Part shown: positions 55,479 through 64,000 of the stretch, piece after piece | Position numbering within the stretch: position 1 is the stretch's first letter | How the letters are laid out: each line of letters opens with the position of its first letter | Assembly: GCA_029779535.1 (NCBI GenBank) | Contig: JAKPAG010000117.1 | Span: 1,818 to 65,817 of the forward strand | Source of the DNA: Pseudomonadota bacterium | GTDB lineage: Bacteria; Pseudomonadota; Alphaproteobacteria; Sphingomonadales; Sphingomonadaceae | Reading direction: 5' to 3' | Length of the DNA: 64,000 nt | Notes under the pieces: model-generated | What the model was told of the DNA's origin: nothing | Database searches by the model: none | What the model saw: only the letters and a program-made list of their open reading frames with translations | Made by a program: the position numbers and the translations under genes

Positions 55479-57551
55479 CTATTGCCCCTTGTCGTCCACG
55501 GGCACCACGGGCTTGGTCGCAGCCGCCACTTCGCGCGCGCGGCTGCGCAGGTAGTGCGCGATTCCCGCCAGCGTGCGCTCATCCACTTCGCCAAAGGCCG
55601 GCATCCCCCGGCTGAGCAGCGGCCCTTCCTTGACCAGCTGGGTGAAAGTGGGGACATCCAGCGGCACGAGCGAACGCAGCAGGTCCGGCGCGCTGCCGCC
55701 CGATGCGGCATTGGCCCCGTGGCAGCCGGCACAGCGATCGGCGTAAGCCTCGGCCCCCAGCCTGACCAGTGCCGGATCGACCCGGAACTTCGGATCGTCG
55801 GGAATGGTCAGGTCAGGCTTCTGCGCGGGCGGCAACTTGTCGGTCCCGCCCAGGGCAAAGGCCAGCACGCGCCACTGCTGGGTGCGATAATTCCATTCCC
55901 CGCCCGGCAAACCCTGCGCGGTGGCAAAGCGTGATCCGGCGACCACCGCGATATATTGCTTGCCCCCGGCGCGGTAGGTGATCGGCTGGGCCATGACCGC
56001 GGTCTGTGCGTCGAACTGCCACAGCAGCTTGCCGCTGTTCGCGTCGAGCACGGTAAATTCGCCCGAACCCCGCCCTTGCAGCAGCAGGCCTCCGCCGGTC
56101 GTGGCGGTGCCGCCGCCGCCGCGCGGGCCGATCATCGGGATGCGCCAGGCCTCGCTTTGCGTCCTGGGGTTCCAGGCCAGCAGGAACGAAGTGGGCGCGC
56201 GCGGCTTGAGATCGGGCGGGGGCGTTCCCTGCCCGTTCGAGATGCGCTGGCCGTCCTTGTATTTCCAGTCCGACAGCTTGCCGGGCGGATCGACATAGAC
56301 CCGGCCCTGGTCCATCGCCGGGATGTAGACCAGCCCCGAGGCCGGGTTGTAGCTCATAGCCTCGATGTTGTGCGCCCCGAACGGCGAGGGATAGACGATC
56401 GCCGCCTTGCCGCCGGGATAGCGCGCCTCGGGGTTTTCGACCGGGCGGCCGGTCTTGAGGTCGATCGAGCTGGCCCAGGTGGTCGGCACGAACGGCTTGG
56501 CCGAGAGCAGCTTGCCGTCCTTGCGGTCGATCACATAGAAAAAACCGTTCTTCGGCGCGTTCATCAGCACGTCGTGCTTCTGCCCGTTCACGTCGAAGCC
56601 ATCGACCAGTTCGATGTCCATGTCGGCGTTGAAGTCCCAGCTCTCGCCGGGGTTCACCTGGTAGTGCCACAGGTACTTGCCGGTATCGGCATCCAGCGCG
56701 ACGATCGAACAGACGAACAGGTTGTCGCCGCCGCCGGGCGAGCGGATCTTGTGGTTCCACGGGCTGCCGTTGCCGGTGCCGATGTAGAGCCGGTTGTATT
56801 TCGGATCATAGGCCATGGCGTTCCACACCGTGGCCCCGCCACCGAACTTCCACCATTCGCCGGTCCAGGTCTTGGCGGCCATCTTCATGGCCTCGTCCTC
56901 GAACCCTTTCGCCGGATCGCCGGGCGTGGTGTAGAACCGCCACGCCTGCTTGCCACTGGCCTGGTCATAGGCGGTGACATAGCCGCGGACCGGGGCATAG
57001 TCCGCCCCGCCGTGGCCGATCACCACCTTGTCGCCGTAAACCCATGGCGCGCCGGTGATATAGCGCTGGTCACCCGGCGTGGTGGTCTGCGCCGACCAGA
57101 CTTCCTTGCCGCTTTTCGCGTCGATCGCGATCAGCCGCCCATCAAGCGTGCCGGTGAATACCTTGCCGTTCGCATAGGCGATGCCGCGGCTGCCCCAGGC
57201 TCCGCGCAGCGTCACCCCGGCGCGTTCGCGGGTGTGGCTGTCAAAGTCCCACAGTTGCTTGCCGGTGGCGGCGTCGAGCGCGAAGACATGGCTGTCCCCG
57301 GCCGCGTAATAGAGCACCCCGTCCACCGCGACCGGCGCGGTCAGGCTTTGCCCGCCAACGTCGATGTCGTGGTGCCAGGCCAGGCCAAGCTGGCCCGCAT
57401 TGCCGGTGTTGATTTCGGCAAGCGGGCTGAAATGGGTGGTGTCCGGACCGTCATAATCGGGCCAGTCATCATTCTGCGCCCCGCCCTGCCCGCAAGCGGC
57501 CAGGGCCAGCGCCAGGGCACCGATCGCGAAATTCCGCAGCATTCCAGTCAT
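55479..57551 (-). CDS. Quinohemoprotein (PQQ + heme c) dehydrogenase, lipoprotein
   Basis: Lipobox LAAC, WDFN, NAPKNGFFY and CAGCH motifs. Confidence 0.88.
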   Translation of the reverse strand: MTGMLRNFAIGALALALAACGQGGAQNDDWPDYDGPDTTHFSPLAEINTGNAGQLGLAWHHDIDVGGQSLTAPVAVDGVLYYAAGDSHVFALDAATGKQLWDFDSHTRERAGVTLRGAWGSRGIAYANGKVFTGTLDGRLIAIDAKSGKEVWSAQTTTPGDQRYITGAPWVYGDKVVIGHGGADYAPVRGYVTAYDQASGKQAWRFYTTPGDPAKGFEDEAMKMAAKTWTGEWWKFGGGATVWNAMAYDPKYNRLYIGTGNGSPWNHKIRSPGGGDNLFVCSIVALDADTGKYLWHYQVNPGESWDFNADMDIELVDGFDVNGQKHDVLMNAPKNGFFYVIDRKDGKLLSAKPFVPTTWASSIDLKTGRPVENPEARYPGGKAAIVYPSPFGAHNIEAMSYNPASGLVYIPAMDQGRVYVDPPGKLSDWKYKDGQRISNGQGTPPPDLKPRAPTSFLLAWNPRTQSEAWRIPMIGPRGGGGTATTGGGLLLQGRGSGEFTVLDANSGKLLWQFDAQTAVMAQPITYRAGGKQYIAVVAGSRFATAQGLPGGEWNYRTQQWRVLAFALGGTDKLPPAQKPDLTIPDDPKFRVDPALVRLGAEAYADRCAGCHGANAASGGSAPDLLRSLVPLDVPTFTQLVKEGPLLSRGMPAFGEVDERTLAGIAHYLRSRAREVAAATKPVVPVDDKGQ

Positions 57552-57579
57552 CGATGTGCTCTCCCCGGCGCTGTGCGCC

Positions 57580-59115
57580 TTATCCCCCGATCGTGCGGTC
57601 GCTCGGCCAATAGCGCGCGCGCAGGGTCTTCTTGTTGATCTTGCCCATCGCATTGCGGCCGATGTCGTCGACGAAATCGTAGCTGCGCGGGCACTTGAAC
57701 CCGGCCAGGCTGGCGCGGCAGAACGCGTTCAGTTCCTCGGCGCTCGGCGGGTTGGCCGGATCGCGCGGGATCACCAGCGCTTTCACTTCCTCGCCCATTT
57801 CGGCATTCGGCGCGGCCAGCACCGCCACGTCGGCAACGCCGGGATGGCGCAGCAGCACCTGCTCGCTTTCGGCCGGGTAGATGTTCACCCCGCCCGAAAC
57901 AATCATGTCGGACACGCGGTCGGTGATGAACAGGTAGCCGTCTGCATCGACATAGCCAACCTCGCCCAGGGTGAACACGCCCGGCGCGATGTGCGCGGCG
58001 GCGGTCTTTTCCGGATCGCCGGCATAGATGATCCCGCGCCCGGTGCTATCGCGGAAATAGACCTGGCCTTCCTGGTTGGGGCCCAGTTCCTGACCATCGG
58101 GGCCGATGATCACAGTGGTAAAGGGCGGCAGCGCCTTGCCCACCGAGCCCGGCCGTTCCAGCCATTCGGGCGAAGTGATGAAGGTGGCCGATCCCGCCTC
58201 GGTCCCGCCATAGGCTTCGACCAGCACCGGACCGAACCATTCGATCATCGCCTTCTTGACCTCGCGCGGGCAGGCCGCACCAGTGTGGGCAAGCCGCTGC
58301 ATCGAGGAGACGTCGTACCTGGCCCGGACCTCCTCCGGCAGCGACAGGAAGCGCTGGAAGTGGGTCGGGACCATGACCGATCCCTTGACCTGGTACTTTT
58401 CGATCGCCGCCAGCGCGGCTTCGGGATCGAAATGGCCCATCACGACCAGCGCGGTGCCGGCAAACACGTTGCGCGCCATGCCCAGCGGGCCGGTGTGATA
58501 GAGCGGGCCGACCGCCAGCCCCGGCGAGGGGGTCGCCTTGGGGCGGACGATGTCCGCGAATTCGCGGATCGTCGCGGCTTCGGGGAAATATTGCGGCGGG
58601 GTCTCGGTCGCCTTGGGCTTGCCGGTGGTGCCCGAGGTGTAGTGCAGGTGCGGCAGCGGCTTCACATTGGCGTCCGGCTCTGCATCCGAAGCGGTGGCCA
58701 GCCAGTCGTCCCACGCGGTGACGCCCTCGGTCGGCGGGCAGCGCCAGCCGACCACGGTCTTAACCCCCACTTCGCGCGCGGCTTCCAGCCCGGCGGCCAG
58801 CGTTTCCGGGCCGATGAACAGCACCGAAGCGCCCGAATCCTGCAGGATGTAGACCAGTTCGCCTGCGGTCAGGTGATAGCTGACCGGCACGGTCGACACG
58901 CCCGCTTCCAGCCCCGCCAGATAGGCGATCACCGTTTCGGCGGCATTGGGCGCGAAGACGGCGGCGCGGCGCGTGACATCAACCGCCGCGCCAAGGGCAT
59001 TGGCTGCGCGGTTGAGCACCGGATCGAGCTGGTTCCAGCTCAGCTCGATCCGCTCGTCCGCCAGCGCCAGGCTGTCACGCTTGTCAGCCGGAACTGAAAG
59101 CAGCGTCTGGCTCAT
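57580..59115 (-). CDS. Acyl-CoA synthetase (AMP-forming)
   Basis: YTSGTTGKPK, EAYGGTE and DRVSDMIVSGGVNIYPAE motifs. Confidence 0.88.
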   Translation of the reverse strand: MSQTLLSVPADKRDSLALADERIELSWNQLDPVLNRAANALGAAVDVTRRAAVFAPNAAETVIAYLAGLEAGVSTVPVSYHLTAGELVYILQDSGASVLFIGPETLAAGLEAAREVGVKTVVGWRCPPTEGVTAWDDWLATASDAEPDANVKPLPHLHYTSGTTGKPKATETPPQYFPEAATIREFADIVRPKATPSPGLAVGPLYHTGPLGMARNVFAGTALVVMGHFDPEAALAAIEKYQVKGSVMVPTHFQRFLSLPEEVRARYDVSSMQRLAHTGAACPREVKKAMIEWFGPVLVEAYGGTEAGSATFITSPEWLERPGSVGKALPPFTTVIIGPDGQELGPNQEGQVYFRDSTGRGIIYAGDPEKTAAAHIAPGVFTLGEVGYVDADGYLFITDRVSDMIVSGGVNIYPAESEQVLLRHPGVADVAVLAAPNAEMGEEVKALVIPRDPANPPSAEELNAFCRASLAGFKCPRSYDFVDDIGRNAMGKINKKTLRARYWPSDRTIGG

Positions 59116-60341
59116 CAGATCGCCTCCGGAATGCGGGCGGCCGAAACCAGCTTGGCCAGCTGGCTCATGTGCACTTCATCCGGGCCATCGGCCATGCGCA
59201 GGTAGCGCGCGGTACCGAAGATCGTGGCGAGCGGGAAGTCGCGGCTGAAGCCGATCGCGCCGTGGACCTGCATGGCGCGGTCGGCGACGGTCTGGGCCAT
59301 CTGCGGGGCGACGATCTTGATCGCGGCGATCAGGTCCTTGGCCACCTTGTTGCCATAGCGGTCCATCGCGTCGGCCGCCTTGAGCGTGAGCAGGCGGGCC
59401 TGCTCGATCTCGCAGAAGCTCTTGGCGATGTCCTGGCGCACGCTGCCATGATCGAACAGCTTGCGGCCGAAGGCAACGCGCTGGTCCGCGCGCTTGCACA
59501 TCAGGTCAAGCGCGCGCTGCGCCATGCCGACGATGCGCATGCAGTGGTGGATGCGGCCCGGCCCGAGGCGGCCCTGCGCGATCTCGAACCCGCGCCCTTC
59601 GCCCAGCAGCAGGTTTTCCTTGGGCACGCGCACGTTGGTGAACTGGATTTCGCAGTGGCCACCGGGCGAATGCAGCGCTTCCAGCACGTGCAGCGGACGG
59701 ATGATCTCGATCCCCGGCGTGTTCGCGGGAATGATCACCTGGCTGTGCTGCTGGTGCTTCGGCTTGTCCGGATTGGGGGTTCGGCCGAGCAGGATGTAGA
59801 CCTTGCAGCGCGGGTCCATCGCGCTCGAAATCCACCACTTGCGCCCGTTGATGACATAGTCGTCACCGTCCGCCACGATCGAGCATTCGATATTGGTCGC
59901 GTCCGACGAGGCGACGCCGGGTTCGGTCATCACGTAGGCCGAACGGATTTCACCATTGAGCAGCGGCTTCAGCCACTTTTCCTGCTGGTCCGGCGTGCCG
60001 TACTTCGCCAGGATTTCCATGTTGCCGGTGTCGGGCGCCGCGCAGTTGAAATATTCGGACGCGCCCAGCACCCGGCCCATCAGTTCGGCCAGCGGGGCAT
60101 ATTCAAGGTTGGTCAGCCCCGGCGACCATTCGCCGTATTCGTGCGGCAGGAACAGGTTCCACAGGCCCAGTTCGCGGGCCTTTTCCTTGAGCTTCTCGGT
60201 GCCCGGCCAGGGCTGCCACAGGGTGGCGGGATCATGCAGGAAGTGGTCGCGCTCTTCCTCGATCGGGAAGACGTATTCCTTCATGAAGCCGTCGACGCGT
60301 TCGCGCAGGTCCTGAACCTTGGCGCTGTACTGGAAATCCAT
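59115..60341 (-). CDS. Acyl-CoA dehydrogenase, ACAD10/11-LvaC type
   Basis: LWNLFLP, LTNLEYAPLAE, FNCAAPDTGNME, AQGRLGPGRIHHCMR and ADGPDEVH motifs. Confidence 0.88.
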   Translation of the reverse strand: MDFQYSAKVQDLRERVDGFMKEYVFPIEEERDHFLHDPATLWQPWPGTEKLKEKARELGLWNLFLPHEYGEWSPGLTNLEYAPLAELMGRVLGASEYFNCAAPDTGNMEILAKYGTPDQQEKWLKPLLNGEIRSAYVMTEPGVASSDATNIECSIVADGDDYVINGRKWWISSAMDPRCKVYILLGRTPNPDKPKHQQHSQVIIPANTPGIEIIRPLHVLEALHSPGGHCEIQFTNVRVPKENLLLGEGRGFEIAQGRLGPGRIHHCMRIVGMAQRALDLMCKRADQRVAFGRKLFDHGSVRQDIAKSFCEIEQARLLTLKAADAMDRYGNKVAKDLIAAIKIVAPQMAQTVADRAMQVHGAIGFSRDFPLATIFGTARYLRMADGPDEVHMSQLAKLVSAARIPEAI

Positions 60342-60356
60342 GGAAATCTTCTCCTG

Positions 60357-61100
60357 TCAGAGGGTCACGCCGCCATCGACCACAAGGGTCTGGCCGACGA
60401 TGAATGCGGAAAGCGGCGAGGCGAGGAACAGCGCCGCGCCAGCCATGTCTTCGACCGTGCCAAAGCGGCCGAGCGGGATCTTGGCGAGCGAGCGTGCACG
60501 CCGTTCGGCATTGTCCATCGTCACCTTGGTCATCTTGGTATCGACCAGGCTGGGGGCGATGCCATTGACGCGGATGCCCTGCCCGGCCCAGGCCTGGCCC
60601 AGCGTGCGAACCAGCTGCACCGCGCCGGCCTTGGACGCGGCATAGGCCGGATTGCCCATGGTCGAGCGGAACGCCCCGATCGAGCTGATCACGATGATCG
60701 ATCCCTGCACGGCGGCCAGATCGGCGTGGAACCGCTCGGAAATCTGCATCACGCTGGCAAGGTTGACCGCGACGACCTTGGCAAAGCCTTCGGGCGCGAA
60801 TTCCTGGCGCTTGTACAGCACCATGCCCTGCGAATGGACCAGCACGTCCAGACCATCGGCAAAGGGGGCCGGGGCCGCCGCGATCGATTCCGGATTGCCG
60901 CAATCAACCTGGGTGTAACCGATGCCGGTCAGGTCCGAACCTTCTTCGGCGGAATAGTCCGCCGCGCTGGCGCGGGTGCCCCAGACATGGACCTGCGCGC
61001 CGCGCACGCGGAACGCATGGGCGATGCCATTGCCGATCCCGCTCGATCCGCCGACGACAAGCACGCGCTTGCCGGTGAAATCCAATTCGTTTCCGTTCAC
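60357..61100 (-). CDS. Short-chain dehydrogenase/reductase
   Basis: GGSSGIG, YAASK and IRVNGIAPS motifs; GTG overlaps the APH stop. Confidence 0.88.
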   Translation of the reverse strand: MNGNELDFTGKRVLVVGGSSGIGNGIAHAFRVRGAQVHVWGTRASAADYSAEEGSDLTGIGYTQVDCGNPESIAAAPAPFADGLDVLVHSQGMVLYKRQEFAPEGFAKVVAVNLASVMQISERFHADLAAVQGSIIVISSIGAFRSTMGNPAYAASKAGAVQLVRTLGQAWAGQGIRVNGIAPSLVDTKMTKVTMDNAERRARSLAKIPLGRFGTVEDMAGAALFLASPLSAFIVGQTLVVDGGVTL

Positions 61101-62143
61101 AAAACCCCCTCTGCAATCCATTTGCGCGCGCGCTCCAGCAGCCAGACGGCCCGGGCGTGCAGCTTGTCTCCGGTTTCCTTGGGCGCCTTGCCGGCACAGG
61201 CCCGCGCGTGGGTGCCTTCCAGCAGGATGCCCAGCTTGTAGCAGGCGAACACCCCGTACCAGCCGACCGCGTCCAGCGAGCGGGCGGAGCGCGCCGCATA
61301 GTGCGCGACCAGTTCCGCCGCGCTGGGAAAGCCGATCCACGGCGTGACCGACGTGATCGAACTGTCCGAACCGTCGGGCCAGGTTGCCAGCAGCCAGCCC
61401 AGGTCAACCAGCGGATCGCCCAGCGTTGCCAGTTCCCAATCGACGATCGCGGCCAGTTCGGGCGCATCGCTGCGAAACATCACATTGGCGAGGTGATAGT
61501 CGCCGTGCAGGATGCCCGGCACGAACGACGCGGGGCGATTGGCATCAAGCCATTGCCCTACCGCGCGCACATCGCCCAGCTCGCCGGGTCCCGGCCAGCC
61601 GACCAGTTCAGCATAGGAATCGAGCTGCGCCTGCCAGCGGCCAACCTGCCGTTCAAGAAAGCCTTCGACCTTGCCGAACCCGTCCAGCCCCAGCGCGAAC
61701 GGATCGAGCGCGTGCAGCGCGGCCAGTCCTTCGACCATCGACAGGCCCATGCGGTGCTGCGCCTGGGCCGTGCAATGCGAATCGGGCAGGCCCGAAGTGG
61801 CGTTGAACCCCTCGATCGGCTCCATCAGGTAGAAGGCCGCGCCCAGCACGTCCTCTGCCCCGCAGGCCGCGATCAGCGCGGGGTGCGGCACGGCGCTGCC
61901 GGCCAGCGCGCCCAGCAGCCGCGCTTCGCGCCGCATCGTTTCGTTGCTGCCAGCACGCAGGTGCGGCGGCGGGCGGCGCAGGACATAGTCGCGCCCCGCG
62001 CGGGTAAAGCGCAGCAGCACGTTCTGCGTGCCGCCAGCCAGCTCGCGCACCTGTTCGATCGGCCCCGAACCCAGCCCCTGGCCGTCCATCCAGCCGGCCA
62101 GTACTACCAGGTCGACGCCTGCCACTTGCACACTCTCACCCAT
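61097..62143 (-). CDS. APH-family phosphotransferase, ACAD10/11 kinase-LvaA type
   Basis: GGTQN, YVLRRPP, LHGDYHLAN and DWELATLGDPLVDLG motifs. Confidence 0.85.
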   Translation of the reverse strand: MGESVQVAGVDLVVLAGWMDGQGLGSGPIEQVRELAGGTQNVLLRFTRAGRDYVLRRPPPHLRAGSNETMRREARLLGALAGSAVPHPALIAACGAEDVLGAAFYLMEPIEGFNATSGLPDSHCTAQAQHRMGLSMVEGLAALHALDPFALGLDGFGKVEGFLERQVGRWQAQLDSYAELVGWPGPGELGDVRAVGQWLDANRPASFVPGILHGDYHLANVMFRSDAPELAAIVDWELATLGDPLVDLGWLLATWPDGSDSSITSVTPWIGFPSAAELVAHYAARSARSLDAVGWYGVFACYKLGILLEGTHARACAGKAPKETGDKLHARAVWLLERARKWIAEGVL

Positions 62144-62166
62144 GAATCAGGAGCATCCTGCATTTT

Positions 62167-62212
62167 TAAATCATTTGGATAATGCACTTGACGATACTGC
62201 ATTGCAATGCAA
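62167..62212. promoter_or_regulatory. Dual operator region between the APH operon and fbiC
   Basis: TAAATCATTTGGATAATGC (62167-62185), TTGAC (62188-62192) and CTGCA-TTGCAA-TGCAA (62197-62212, containing the perfect palindrome TGCATTGCAATGCA). Confidence 0.6.
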
Positions 62213-62285
62213 TTTTTACAGGAACAATAAGTGCCATCGCCCGGCTCTTGCCGGGCCCTTGGAGAGGCTGGCAAAAGACCCGCGA

Positions 62286-64000
62286 ATGATTGCGAATCCG
62301 CCCCCCTTGCCCGCCCCCGAGGCGCATGCGCTGGTCGATGCACCGCTGCCCGGGCTGCTGACGCGTGCCGCAGCCGTGCGCGACAGCGCGTTCGGCGTGA
62401 ATCAGACCTGGTCGCCCAAGGTCTTCCTGCCGCTGACCCAGCTGTGCCGCGACCTGTGCCACTACTGCACCTTCTCGCGCCCGCGCCCCGGCCAGCGCGC
62501 CTACATGACGCCTGACGAGGTGCTGGAAGTGGCCCGCGCCGGCGCCGCCGCCGGCTGCACCGAAGCGCTGTTCACCCTGGGCGACAAGCCGGAACTGCGC
62601 TTTGCCCAGGCCCGGCGCGAGCTGGCCGAACTGGGCCATGCCACGACGCTCGACTATCTCGAGGCTATGTGCCGGCTGGTAATCAAGGAAACCGGCCTGA
62701 TCCCCCACGTCAACGCCGGGGTAATGGACGCGGCCGACATCGCCCGGCTGCGCCGGGTTTCAGCCTCGCAGGGGCTGATGCTGGAAACGGTGGCTGACCG
62801 GCTGGGGGAAAAAGGCGGAGCGCATTACCGCTCGCCCGACAAGGTGCCAGCCGTGCGGCTGGCCACGATCCGCGCGGCTGGTGAACTTAAAGTGCCTTTC
62901 ACCACCGGCATCCTGATCGGCATCGGCGAAACCCGCGCCGAACGGATCGATGCGCTGCTGGCAATCCGCGAGCTGCACGCCGAATACGGCCACATTGCCG
63001 AAGTGATCGTCCAGAACTTCCGCGCCAAGTCGCGCACGCCGATGGCCGATGCGGACGAACCGGACATGGACGACCTACTGTGGACCATCGCCGCGGCGCG
63101 CCTGATCCTGCCGCCGGATGTCACCGTGCAGGCCCCGCCGAACCTGGCCGACGCGATGTTCCCGCGCCTGATGGACGCCGGGATCAACGACTGGGGCGGG
63201 ATCAGTCCGGTCACCCCCGATCACGTCAATCCCGAACGCCCCTGGCCCGCCGTGGACAAGCTGCGCGCCGCGACCGAGGCCGCCGGCCGCCGGCTGGTGG
63301 CGCGCCTGCCGGTCTATCCCGGCTGGACCGGCCCGGACTGGCAGGACGCCGCGATCCTGCCGCTGATTGCCGCCAGCAGCGACGCCGAACACTATGCCCG
63401 CGCCGATGCCTGGTCCCCCGGCCTGCCGCTGCCGCCCCAGCCGGAACCGTCACGCGGCGCCTGTTCGCCCCACATCGCCCGCCTGATCGAACGCGCGCAG
63501 GCCGGCGAAGCGCTGGACGAGGATGACATCGTCGCCCTGTTCGCGGCGCGCGGACCGGACGTCGAACACGTCTGCGCCGGGGCCGACGCGCTGCGCCGCG
63601 CCACCCGGGGCGACGAAGTGACTTTCGTCGTCAACCGCAACATCAACTATACCAACATCTGCGCCCACGCCTGCGGGTTCTGCGCCTTTTCCAAGGGGCG
63701 CGGGGCCGACAACCTGCGCGGCAAGCCCTATGACCTCGACCTGTCCGAAGTCGCCCGCCGCGCCCACGAGGCCGTGGCCCGGGGCGGGACCGAAGTGTGC
63801 ATGCAGGGCGGGATCCATCCGGCCTACACCGGCGAAACTTACCTCAAGCTGCTCGGCGCGGTGAAGGCGGCGGAGCCGGGCCTCCACATCCATGCCTTCA
63901 GCCCGCTGGAAGTGCGGCACGGCGCCGAAACGCTCGGCCTTAGCCTCGCAGATTACCTGACCCGGCTCAAGGCGGCGGGGCTGGGCTCGCTGCCCGGCAC
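62286..64000 (+). CDS. fbiC: Bifunctional FO synthase (CofG-CofH fusion), runs off the window end
   Basis: Own translation: SPKVFLPLTQLCRDLCHYC (CofG radical SAM), LFTLGDKPE, DAGINDWGGISPVTPDHVNPE, then in the same frame VNRNINYTNICAHACGFCAFSKG (CofH). Absent from the track because no stop codon lies inside the window. Confidence 0.9.
   Translation, partial: MIANPPPLPAPEAHALVDAPLPGLLTRAAAVRDSAFGVNQTWSPKVFLPLTQLCRDLCHYCTFSRPRPGQRAYMTPDEVLEVARAGAAAGCTEALFTLGDKPELRFAQARRELAELGHATTLDYLEAMCRLVIKETGLIPHVNAGVMDAADIARLRRVSASQGLMLETVADRLGEKGGAHYRSPDKVPAVRLATIRAAGELKVPFTTGILIGIGETRAERIDALLAIRELHAEYGHIAEVIVQNFRAKSRTPMADADEPDMDDLLWTIAAARLILPPDVTVQAPPNLADAMFPRLMDAGINDWGGISPVTPDHVNPERPWPAVDKLRAATEAAGRRLVARLPVYPGWTGPDWQDAAILPLIAASSDAEHYARADAWSPGLPLPPQPEPSRGACSPHIARLIERAQAGEALDEDDIVALFAARGPDVEHVCAGADALRRATRGDEVTFVVNRNINYTNICAHACGFCAFSKGRGADNLRGKPYDLDLSEVARRAHEAVARGGTEVCMQGGIHPAYTGETYLKLLGAVKAAEPGLHIHAFSPLEVRHGAETLGLSLADYLTRLKAAGLGSLPG

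Noticed and set aside
52602-57551. Lanthanide dependence of the PQQ enzymes
   Set aside because: Both have WDFN rather than the D-x-D lanthanide-binding motif.
62286-64000. Possible pseudogene, since no long ORF is listed in the track here
   Set aside because: Reading-frame spot checks from 62286 through both radical-SAM motifs are consistent; the ORF simply has no stop codon inside the window.

Overview
GC-rich alphaproteobacterial catabolic region; the gene content suggests a sphingomonad, probably Novosphingobium-like (inference). About 50 CDS; no rRNA, tRNA, CRISPR, IS or integrase seen. Blocks from left to right: (1) 1-8.1 kb: CoA ligase, alpha/beta hydrolase, phosphotransferase and an enolase-like gene (truncated), a MarR regulator and a phthalate-4,5-type set (Rieske oxygenase, dihydrodiol dehydrogenase, decarboxylase) with no reductase. 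(2) 8.2-17.9 kb: a probable MarR regulon with three GTCAA..TGAC sites (hydrolase, HMG-CoA lyase, CoA transferase, two flavin monooxygenases, GlcG, CoA ligase, ACAD). (3) 17.9-25.8 kb, the most unusual part: a CRP-family regulator, a class III cyclase-STAND ATPase-TPR protein and a convergent ~1390 aa fusion of an unknown N-domain, a DyP peroxidase and an atypical P450, with CRP-type boxes upstream of both transcription units. (4) 25.9-29 kb: MarR plus an EmrAB-type efflux pump. (5) 29-64 kb: a large catabolic cluster linked by a repeated YTGCA-N6-TGCAR operator. It holds a Cys-less thiolase/DUF35/MaoC set, P450 with ferredoxin, a TonB receptor, esterase, LLM, tandem CaiB, ACAD pair, three TetRs, two atypical quinohemoproteins, a Tat-exported SnoaL protein, an lva-like kinase/SDR/ACAD/ligase operon and the start of the F420 FO synthase fbiC. 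Start codons were re-chosen by eye where the ORF track over-extends. All functions come from motif recognition only; no database searches were run.
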